From Rhynchopus sp. YZ270_cl-10 (Eukaryota), in assembly GCA_964035575.1 (NCBI GenBank), contig OZ037839.1, positions 1,240,001 through 1,304,000 on the forward strand: DNA of 64,000 nt. The letters are read 5' to 3'. Below the pieces are notes generated by a model, which did not search any database, was not told the DNA's origin, and saw nothing but the letters and a program-made list of their open reading frames with translations. A program made the translations under genes and the position numbers. Shown in pieces: positions 12,001 through 21,125 of this stretch; position 1 is the stretch's first letter; each line of letters starts with the position of its first letter.

Positions 12001-13818
12001 CAGCACCCACAAGTCCGCATCCTTCGTACCCCCCTGCTGACGGGATTTTGCCTTCGGAGTGAGAACGGTGTGGTACTTTTTTGCGGCCGGTTTCGGTGCA
12101 GCCTTCGAAGAAGGAGGAGCTGATGAAGGGGGGACGTTGGTATTCGACAAGGCTGCCGTCACTTCCGGAAGAGGTTCAGGTGGGGGTGTTTCCCTTGCCC
12201 TGCGATCGTTCTCGTCTCTTTCCTTTACTCGCTGGATCACTGCGTCCTTCTTCTCGTAGCCCATCCCCGAGATCTTCCACGACATTCCACGAAGTGCCAC
12301 TTGAACCTTAGTCTCTTCCCCAGTCCACGTGTTGTAGTAGCGGTTGAAGTCGTGTTTTTTTATTTCTTGAACAATATCTTCAGCAGTTGCGTTTTCGTCC
12401 AGCACAACCTTCCTCACCGCGGCCTGCTCACGGGCTGCGACCACGTCCCATGTGGCATACTCGTGGTTCTTTGCAACCGTTATTTTCTGCCTCTTCGGGG
12501 CCTGAGACGATATCTGGGACTCCGCCGGTCGCTTTGCAAATTCCATTATGGAAACCTGTCTTGGTCCGGTGGACTTTTTTGGTGCCATCTTTTTTTTCCC
12601 CCTGTTAGTTGCCTGTATTTGGATGCGCGGGGACGGGAGGGTAGGGAAAATTAAAAAAAATGTGGAAAATTCCTAACAGGCAGCCTCGGAACACTCAAGG
12701 GCAGGCTGGTCCCCCCTGGTCCCCCCTGGTCCCAGGGGTGGGCGGGCACCCTGGGGTTTTTTCCATTTTTTTGGATCGGGCACCCGGGTTTTTTCTAAGG
12801 ATTTTTACAGGCAATTTTTGGATTTTTCTGAGAACACGCTTTACGCTGCCCCCCTGCCGAAATATGTTCTCGGTTTTCCCTTTTCGGGGGGGTTTTTTTG
12901 GCCTTTTTCGGGTTTTCCGAGCTTTTACCCTCACTGTCACGGGGTCATTTTGAAAAAATGGGCAAGTTCTTGGCTGATACACGTTTTGGTCATTACCACC
13001 AGCGAGTCGCTTAACGGGGTTAAATTGAACTATGATTCTGGACCCACTGTAACGTGAACCGCCCTCGAAATTCAAGAAGGGGTCCTAAACCCGGGCGCGC
13101 TACGCGCTACGTGCACCCCGAATGTTCGGGAGGAATATAAAACGGCGCCGCAGGCGGAAAAAATAGGGTACAGTATAAAAAATGCAGCTTTACACCACAA
13201 AGCCACTCAGCGAATCCTTTTTTGCAGAGCAAAAAAGGGAAAATGGCGCCGCAGGCAAATTTTTTTATAAGGTGCAGCCCTGGGCGGCGCGGAATTATTT
13301 TCTTTTTCGTTCCTCAGTGCCGTCAGGGCCTGCCCAAGTGCGCCAACGCAATGCACTTTGCTACCACCGTGGTGGCGAGCACTTGCAGCACTGCAAGAAG
13401 CAAGGTTCCCTCGATGTTTGCAGTCACACGCACCATCTGTATTATTATTTATTCTGTTGTGCGGGAGGTGAAAGGGACGAGACCGAAGGAAGCGGGGTGG
13501 AGACTTTTTTTGTTCATTATGGCTTGGTACCGCACTCCCCGGGCAGAGTGCGAGTTATTCTCAGCCACACGGGGCCCGGCCCGACCCCCCAGACTTTTTC
13601 CCCTAAGAAAAACCCTTAGAAAAATAAATTTTCCCCGTATAAAATCCTTAGAAAAAATAATTTTCCCCCCGTGTAAAATCCTTAGAAAAAATAAAATAAA
13701 ATCAAAATCGGGCCCCGGGCACCCACTTTAGGCCCAGGCCTGCCTGGTCCCCCCTTATTTTTTTTTTTCTCCCAGGGGGACCACTGGTCCCCCCTGGTCC
13801 CCCCTGTGGGAAGCCCTG
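9017..13818 (-). mobile_element. Autonomous hAT-superfamily DNA transposon (4802 bp) with 5-bp TSD
   Basis: TIRs CAGGGCTTCCC(G/A)CAGG at 9017-9032 and 13803-13818; TSD TGTGG at 9012-9016 and 13819-13823; empty paralogous site at 2831-2850; subterminal GGTCCCCCCTGG repeats. Confidence 0.95.
9472..12588 (-). CDS. hAT transposase (1038 aa, intact, intronless)
   Basis: Zn-finger-like WCRLC...H...H, ADETQD, FDGTNTMSG, CRNHQLNL (CxxH), TRW and C-terminal dimerisation motif VERAFSVLKLVLTRLRASM...LDALMRIKIEGP. Confidence 0.92.
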   Translation of the reverse strand: MAPKKSTGPRQVSIMEFAKRPAESQISSQAPKRQKITVAKNHEYATWDVVAAREQAAVRKVVLDENATAEDIVQEIKKHDFNRYYNTWTGEETKVQVALRGMSWKISGMGYEKKDAVIQRVKERDENDRRARETPPPEPLPEVTAALSNTNVPPSSAPPSSKAAPKPAAKKYHTVLTPKAKSRQQGGTKDADLWVLDNQEEPEGGADWKFEIPYPHIPRKKPQKNCEEKKKGVEPEADDRDVCDGVVSFLAGNPLECEDVAVVDEDGNVKDNNENNTNTNEDEDDDDEDDDEEDDNNENENDMADSESSEEPTEYNTPNKLAFSEQQRFLNAADKYEWVFASKRGYWCRLCKKHLALAISAKRPDADGSFFEVPCCDVTRITKKKCPEHAKTASHVAAVEAERTRNSGTGMIVKTSKAHQSMNRRQLLKLTANLYWLVKRGVSHSTNYASLAQHSARWDADLKAFIETKNASYTSRRTMQELLDAINTELQFRIESRVRQSKYITVLADETQDICRRSELSVYIRGVDGKGESFEHFWGIAPLTDGKGAAGVYTDIAERVSYMDVHRARGVPLETDEQPPAREMIGGKKIVGVGFDGTNTMSGGFSGVQTRFKYFQNIYIIYVWCRNHQLNLSLQWAGQSHVDVMSAINSQRDIYWYVRSSGERVLAVSNACNQLKQVVEWLNLPDLQLEKGADTRWLTNEKGCTTLLNTLPSIHHALSQIHQQDGDAITRGLLETLESPRFVAANFLLASVFIVMKPLNLKLQESCAGLVMIPDLLKSTQESLERLAEGVENGAEYKYLQWTTYYNTVVARLSGKKVCPEAFLRFHETTTRSYVKDLIAQLTARFCDSAIFTNIAVLDPQRDFGDKPDEDEALIHNLTHFFCTKRSQKLDGYPETKSYDPPYNDHDKQTIRFQLTLLLTKIRQQREASANSAKYTFSDAVRYAVACHSLTLPKAVDFLLRVACLPGSTAVVERAFSVLKLVLTRLRASMLITTLDALMRIKIEGPQVPSLPFLNSVVDRFIKAAPKTGRRRDFGTVA

Positions 13819-14513
13819 TGTGGCGATTACGCGGCCCCTCTGCCTGCTGACACCCCGTCAGCAACCTTGGGTAGAGTTCATCTACACAGGACGCTTTGGC
13901 AGAGTGGGTCTTTGCATTTTGCAATACCTTACAACATCTTGTTTCCCCGAGTGGAGCAAGCAGTCTTTTTCTGGGTTAAGACCAGGCAACATGCTTGAGT
14001 GCGACACAGGCTTCCCCTTCAGGGAGGACCGAGAAGAGCGTTGGGATCCATGAGAGTGTGCGCTATTGCGGTGAGGTGCAAGGCTGGTTTGGGGAAATGG
14101 GGAGTGGTGGTGGGGGGGCGGTGACACCATACACGTAACACATCCTGGGTGGTGTTTGAGTATCGTCAACTGTCAGGTGGGTGGGGTCATATGTATTGCA
14201 GCAAAGTTGCAGCACACACCACGACTACAAGTTTAGGCAACACTGACTTGTACTGCGGACAACGTGTTTTTGCTATCAAAAATACCCACAAGGACGAGGG
14301 GATACAACAGCCTCGTGGGCACACCGCTGACACACCCTGGAAGCAAGCAACTAACAGTCTTAGATCTCCTTTTCACGTTTTTCAGTCTTTTGAGCAACAG
14401 ACAAATAGAAACGAGTCTCTCGAGCATGTTATCCCCCCATTTTGCTGCATCTCGTCTCCCTCCTCCTCCTTCTCAACACCACCCCACAACAGAGCAACAC
14501 GTCACTCGAAACA

Positions 14514-16247
14514 ATGGAACTGTGTGTGCAGGGATATGATGAAAACAAATTCGTGATTGAGGTGGGTGAGAACGACACAACGGAGACGATGCGGCAGAAG
14601 GTGGCGTCTGCAACAGGGTTGTGCGAAGACAGCTTCCGCATGGGCTTCGGAGGGAAGGAGGAAGGAGAGGACATCACAGAACTGAGTGCTGGAGACACAG
14701 TCGTGTTGACGAAGTCGACGAAGTACCAATCTGTTGAGACACTTCGTGCCTTGGGTGAGACAGACATTTCCGAAGCGAGGTTGGCGACTGTGAAGGATCC
14801 TGAAGTGGCTTCTCTGCTTCTTCAGGCGGAGGTTGCGACTGTAATTCCGAACTCGTTTTTGTCGCTAGAATCGTTTACGAGACTTGATCTCTCTGCTGTG
14901 TCTGGTGTGACACGCATCGAGCACTACTTCCTCTACTGTTGTGGTTCAGTGGAAACCGTTGACTTGTCGGGATTGTGCAACGTTACGCACATCGTGGATG
15001 CCTGTCTCTCTTGCTGCACATCGTTGACAAGCCTTGACGTGTCAGGGTTCACTGGTGTGACGGTGATAGGGAACAGGTTCCTCCAAAGAAGTGGCGTCCT
15101 ACATCTTGACTTATCCGCGATGACGAGTGTGACGGAGGTTGGTGCAAACTTTCTCTACCACTGCGAGTCGTTGGAAAGGATTGACATCTCAGGATGGCGC
15201 AGAATCACGCACATTGAGGACGGCTTCCTCCATCACTGCACCTCGTTGGCAACCATTGATTTGTCAGCTTTTTGCAGTGTCACGAAGATCGACTCCTACT
15301 TTCTCTTCAACTGCAAGTCGTTGACCACCATCTGCTTTTCAGGGATGACGAATGTGACGGAAATTAACGACAGCTTTTGTTCGTCCTGCACCTCGTTGGA
15401 AACGATTGACTTGACAGCACTGCACAAAGTTGTGAAGGTAGGACACCGCTTTCTGAGGGGCTGCACCTCGCTGAGAAGTATCGACCTGTCAGCTTTTGGC
15501 AATGTCGCAGCCATTGGGAGAGGGTTTCTTTTTGAGTGCACATCATTGAAAACAGTTGATTTATCGGTGTTGCGCAGCCTAACACACATTGAGCAACACT
15601 GGATGGATGAGTGCTTAGCGTTGACAACAGCAGACTTATCAGGAATGAGCAATGTTACGCAGATTGATGCATATTTCCTGCAAGATTGCACATCCTTGAC
15701 CACGCTGGACGTGTCAGGTTTTGGCAGGGACACAGAGATCCAGCAGTACTTCCTGCTCAACTGCAACGCACTCACAACAGTGGTCTTGCCAGGCAACATC
15801 GACATTGACGAGATGTTGTCTCTGCCGAATGGAGACCCTAGAATGAGCACCTACAAGGAGGCCTTCTATGTACGTGTGCGTGAGATTTACGCAAGGTTTA
15901 CGGAACAGTTCGGAGGTGTGCGGATAGAAGCTTTTGAGGCAGTACGAACAGACGTGTCTGGAAGTGCAAGACAATGTATTGCATTGAAAGCAGGACAAGA
16001 GAGAGAAGGGATTGATGCAAGCACAAGAGGACAAAAAAGAGGAACAAAAATCACAAAAAGGGGACGACAAACAGGAGAAACACAAGCAGAAGTATTTGGA
16101 GTGTTTGGTGCAGGACAAACAGAGAGGAGGAAACGGAGGAGGCTTGGTGCGGGACAAAGAGGAGATTTGCCAACAAGAGCGTTTGGAGGGTTTGGGGCAG
16201 GACAAACAGGGGGATTTGGAGGGTTTAGGCAGGAGAAACAGGAGTAG
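14514..16247 (+). CDS. UBL-LRR family A protein copy A4 with diverged basic/FG tail
   Basis: ATG at 14514 in paralog context; colinear with A3 through the LRR region. Confidence 0.85.
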   Translation: MELCVQGYDENKFVIEVGENDTTETMRQKVASATGLCEDSFRMGFGGKEEGEDITELSAGDTVVLTKSTKYQSVETLRALGETDISEARLATVKDPEVASLLLQAEVATVIPNSFLSLESFTRLDLSAVSGVTRIEHYFLYCCGSVETVDLSGLCNVTHIVDACLSCCTSLTSLDVSGFTGVTVIGNRFLQRSGVLHLDLSAMTSVTEVGANFLYHCESLERIDISGWRRITHIEDGFLHHCTSLATIDLSAFCSVTKIDSYFLFNCKSLTTICFSGMTNVTEINDSFCSSCTSLETIDLTALHKVVKVGHRFLRGCTSLRSIDLSAFGNVAAIGRGFLFECTSLKTVDLSVLRSLTHIEQHWMDECLALTTADLSGMSNVTQIDAYFLQDCTSLTTLDVSGFGRDTEIQQYFLLNCNALTTVVLPGNIDIDEMLSLPNGDPRMSTYKEAFYVRVREIYARFTEQFGGVRIEAFEAVRTDVSGSARQCIALKAGQEREGIDASTRGQKRGTKITKRGRQTGETQAEVFGVFGAGQTERRKRRRLGAGQRGDLPTRAFGGFGAGQTGGFGGFRQEKQE

Positions 16248-16754
16248 GGAAGGCAGGACTATTTGGAGGGTTTGTTGACTTGTGTGAAGAACACTTCGGT
16301 GAAAATATAGAACTTCATTTCCACAAAAATTGTTCAGCCTTTTCGATCGACTTTGTTTATTTCCTTCATGGTGTAGCACGTCGAGTAGGTTGTGGTGTAC
16401 ATTGGCATTAGCAGGAGGGTTTGGAGGGTTAGGAGCAGGACAAACAGGAGGATTTGTGTGAAGAACACTTTGGTGAACCTATTGAACTACATTTTTGGAT
16501 ACACCTGTGAACACTTGGGGAAAACGTTATTTACTCTTTCCCATCGTGTGATGGGAAGAATATTGAAGCTGTGGTGTGGGGAGCTGTTTTGTGTGGTTTT
16601 GCTTCATCTTTATCAGTCGTTTTGTTGTATTTTGTTTTGCGTTGTTTCGCCCCCTTGATCGTAGCGACTCTTTTCGAGATACAAAGTATCCCCTTCCCAC
16701 CCCTCCTTCCACAAAACACAAATGTGTTTTGGCGCGTCTCCCACCGCACCACCA

Positions 16755-18789
16755 ATGGCGGTGTGTGAAAACGATGGATGCGGGGCACCTGCAGAGCTGC
16801 AGTGTGGGCGCTGCAGCGAGATGTACCTCTGCAAGGAGAATGCCTGCTTCAACGCTTTGCACCGTGCACCCGACCGTGCCGTGCACCGCAAGTCTATGAG
16901 CGCTTATGGGACAGCATCGCTGTGTGCACATGAGGCAGATCTGACGAAGCGGCGCACTGCTGCAGAGGAGGAGTGCTGTGTGCTTGAGGGATTGGGTGTC
17001 AGGTGCAAAGACCATCTGCAGCAGACGGTGCAAAGACCATCTGCAGCAGACAGAGCGCGGGTACCTCTTTATGGCGGAGGGCTGGACACGCAGCCACATT
17101 GAGAGCGAGGAGGAGGTGTCGAGGAAGCTCCACACACAGCTGTACAGTATTGCAGGTGATGTGTCTGCACTGAAGGCGTTTAGCGCACATGCGGACGGCG
17201 TGATTGCTACGTGCAAGGATGTGTGCCAGCTTGGGCCTGATGTCGCACAGCACATGGCCGCACAGTCGCAGGAGATCATGCACACCATAGCAAGCATCCC
17301 ACTGAACATCAACCGCCACCGCCTTGCGGGTGTTGTCTCCCCACACGCAGAGCTTTCCGTGACACTGCCTGAGTGTGTTGCAAACCTGCACGACAACCTT
17401 GCCCAGAGTTTGCGAGTTGGTGTGTCTCTGCCTGTGGAGGGCTTTGATGGCGAGATGCACAAGGTTGAGGTGGGTGAGGAGGACACAGCCGCAGACTTGC
17501 ATTGGAAGGTGGCGTCTGCAGTGGGGTTGCCTGAAGAGGTGGTGCACGTGAGCTACAAGGGCGAAGCGATTGTGGAGGGAGAGGACATGTGGCCAGCGCC
17601 GCTGCGTGCAGACAGGATCGTGGTGACGAAGACAACGAAGTACGAAGCCATCATTGCACTGAAGGCATGGGGTGTGTCAGTGCCCACAGAGTCGCTGCAG
17701 CGTGTGGACGATGCAAAGGTGGTCTGCTGGCTTCTGCAGGCGGAGGTTACGACAGCAATTCCCGACAGGGTCCTGTCCGGCGCAATATTCACAACACTCG
17801 ACCTGACCGGCACGGACTTGAGCTTTGTTACGACTGTTGGTGAGAGCTTTCTTTGCAGCTGTCCGAACCTGACAACAGCCAACATCTCAGGCTTGACTGG
17901 CGTGACTGCGATTGGGACGCACTTCCTGAGTACGTGCACGTCTCTGACAGAGCTTGTCGCTGACTTGAGCCACGTCACCGCCATACCAGACTTCTTTCTC
18001 CACCAGTGCACGGCACTGACGAACGTCGACGTCACCAGTTGGAACAGCGTGACTTCGATTGGGAACAAGTTCTGTCGCAGGTGCACATCGTTGGAAAGCT
18101 TCGACCTGACTGGGTTCGTGAATGTCACTGCCATTCAGGATGGTTTCCTGCAGGAGTGTATGTCGCTGAGACGCCTCGACCTCTCTTGCATGAGCCGTCT
18201 CGCCGAGGTTGGTGATGGCTTTCTGATGTACTGCCGGGCACTGACGGACGTGGACGTGTCTGGTCTGCCCAGTCTGGGTGCGATCGGGAACAGCTTCCTC
18301 GATGGCTGTTCGGCACTGAAAACACTCAACCTATGTGGCTTCGAAGGTGTGACCGCAATTGGCGCTCACTTCGCTTATAATTGCACACAGCTGCAAACAG
18401 TGAGCATTTCAGGCTTGAACAGCGTGGCTGCGATTGGGAAGTGCTGCCTTGCCGAGTGCAAGATGCTGAAGACACTTACGATCACTGGCTTGACAGCGCT
18501 GCCTCGTATCGATGACTCCTTCGCTTCAAACTGTGTGTCGTTGAAGTCACTGAACATTGCTGGTTTGCGCAGTGTGGCCGTTCTTGGGGAAGGCTTCCTG
18601 TCCGGGTGCATGCATTTACGAGGACTCGATGTCACAGCCTTATCAGGCGTCACTGCAGTTGGGGCAAACTGCTTTCGGGGGTGTGCGGACTTGGGACCGT
18701 TGAAGCAGCTTCAGAAACAGGAGGCGCAAAAGAAGCAGGAGGAGCTTCAACGTGTACAGGAGGAGGAGGAGGAGGAGGAGGAGGAGTAG
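16755..18789 (+). pseudogene. B-box + coiled-coil + UBL + LRR protein, frameshifted by a 25-nt tandem duplication
   Basis: MAVCENDGCGAPAELQCGRCSEMYLCKENACFNALH...H has B-box-like Cys/His spacing; GGTGCAAAGACCATCTGCAGCAGAC duplicated at 17002-17026 / 17027-17051; removing one copy joins the two ORFs; diverged UBL and 25-aa LRRs follow. Confidence 0.7.
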
Positions 18790-19051
18790 GACGACTTCAG
18801 CGTGTTCAGACCGCCTTGTACGCTGTCTCTGACGCAGGTGGAAGCGCCTCAACTCGACGTCGCCATAACAACGTTTCCCTCATTCCCCCCCTCCCCTTTA
18901 CACACACTGTCCACATGAGACAGTGCCCCGTGTGCACCCAGCAAGATGGCTGGATGAGTACACGTAATAATTGTTAGTTCTTGCCCTGTTTCTATCACTT
19001 CATTTCATCCTGTTTTTAAGAGTGTACAACGCATTCATTGTTTTGTCACGT

Positions 19052-19097
19052 AGCTTCTGAAGCTTCTGAAGCTTCTGAAGCTTCTGAAGCTTGTGAA
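19052..19097. repeat. 9-bp tandem repeat (AGCTTCTGA)n
   Basis: About five copies read directly. Confidence 0.85.
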
Positions 19098-19715
19098 GCG
19101 CGTGTGAGTTACCTCGGTGTGCAACAGCACGCACCCTACCTCTGTGTCTTGCCTTCACTTTCCCTCCCCTCATTCCAACGCAAGGACATCTCCCCTGTCC
19201 GTGCACCGCTTAGTGGTGTCCTTGTCACGTGACTTTCATGCCCCCACCCCATTGCCTTACTTTGCACATGCACACACCCAAAAAGAGAGATTGTTTTTTT
19301 TTTGTTCTCTTTCTTTTCTTTTCACTCAAAACGGAGCAAAAATTACGTACGATTGAGGCGCAGGTGATAAAGTTCAGGGATGTGGAGAAGGAGAAAATTG
19401 CGTTGCAGTCGAGAGGGAATAAATATAAAAGCGAGCAGGCAAAGTTTATACAGGAGCAAGCCGACAAGAAAGTGGCAGAAGAATTAGAGCAAGAAAAACA
19501 ACGGCAAAACTGTGTCAGCCATTTTCCCTTCCCGTGCCCACCACGTCCGTACACTGCACACAACCCACTCTTGAGACCCTTCTTCACAGCTGTCTGTGCT
19601 GCTGGTGGTGCATCACCACACAACCTCTGTTGCTGGGACAGGCATCACCTTTGTTCAAGTTTCTTTGTGTCCACACCACACCACACCACACCACACAGGT
19701 CCCTTCCTTTTCTCC

Positions 19716-19822
19716 CTACCCCTTCCCACCCCTCCTTCCACAAAACACAAATGTGTTTTGGCGCGTCTCCCACCGCACCACCAATGGCGGTGTGTGAAAA
19801 CGATGGATGCGGGGCACCTGCA
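19716..19822 (+). pseudogene. Truncated duplicate of the upstream region and first codons of the B-box-LRR gene
   Basis: Matches ~16690-16793 (MAVCENDGCGAPA) and then breaks into AT-rich repeat DNA shared with ~47200-47340 and ~50540-50745. Confidence 0.75.
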
Positions 19823-20853
19823 AAATTTTGGTGTTTTGACCCTTCGGAAGCACCCAAAAACGTACTTTTGTGTACAAAAACACGCATATTAGTAGGTCAT
19901 AAAATGGCCCAAAGAATCCAAAGAAAACCTCAGAAATAGATGTTCGCGAAAAAAATTCGCAAGTCAAACTTCAGCCACAATACGGTCATTTTGTGCATAC
20001 CCTGTGACTGTGGTGGCTAGAGAACACGCACATGCAGACCCGTTCCTTGCAATTTCCAGTGTTGTGTTTATCAATGCATGCATGCATCCAGAGGACCTCT
20101 GGTTTACGAAATCGTAGGCACTCCTGTGCAAAAATGAAGTCGGTTTTTGACCCAAAATCGGGGTGGGTGGGCCATAATTTGCTCCAAATTTGGCAGAAAA
20201 TTGGGATTTTTCTGAAAATTTCATTGTGCCCAGCAAAAATCCTTGATTTTTTGAAGAATTTTCCAAAAAATATGCTATACCCCCTATGACTGGACCCAAC
20301 TCCCCTCACTATTTTTTCCCTAAAAAAGCCCCCAAAATTCCTACCATTTTTACCATTTTTACCATTTTTACCATTTTTGACCAATTTAGGGTACCTCCAT
20401 ATAATTATTTTTTGACCTTATTTTAGGTGCTCGAAGTTGGAATCTGACCCCCATGTCCAGGTCATAAAAATGCCCTGGACATGGGGGTCCAGGGCCCAGG
20501 ATTTGGACAGGACAAACAGGAGCAGGACAAGGAGGAGGATTTGAAGAACACTTTGGTGAACCTATTGAACTGCATTTTTGGATACACCTGTGAACACTTG
20601 GGGAAAACGTTATTTACTCTTTCCCGTCGTGTGATGGGAAGAATATTGAAGCTGTGGTGTGGGGAGCTGTTTTGTGTGGTTTTGCTTCATCTTTATCAGA
20701 TGTTTTGTTGTGTTTTTGTTTTGCGTTGTTTCGCCCCCTTGATCGTAGCGACTCTTTTCGAGATACAAAGTATCCCCTTCCCTCCTCTCTGTTTGTTATT
20801 TTTCAGTACTATTCACCCCTCTCGGGTCTTTTAGGTGATCTCAATCTATCTTA

Positions 20854-21082
20854 CACGACGGTGATGTAACGGGTGTTACAAGTGGAGTTACAAGTGAGTT
20901 ACATGTAACTTTTGTTACATGTAACTCACTTGTAACTCACTTGTAACCCACCAGTTACAACCTGATTTTGCCTGTAATTCATGTATCCCACTTGTAACTC
21001 ACTTGTAACTCACTTGTAACGGTTTTTCACTTGTAACGTTACATGTAACTTCACTTGTAATGTACTGTACATCACCGTCGTG
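20854..21082. mobile_element. 229-bp MITE with CAC termini and TA TSD
   Basis: TIR CACGACGGTGATGTA; TA on both sides; empty paralogous site CTATCTTAGACCTCC near 2189-2203; internal CACTTGTAAC repeats in both orientations. Confidence 0.9.
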
Positions 21083-21125
21083 TAGACCTCCACCTCCCAC
21101 CTTGCCCACCTACCCACAGAGCATT

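Noticed and set aside
19330..19520. Coiled-coil-like peptide IEAQVIKFRDVEKEK...
   Set aside because: Short, with no clear start or linked exons; possibly a gene relic but not assignable
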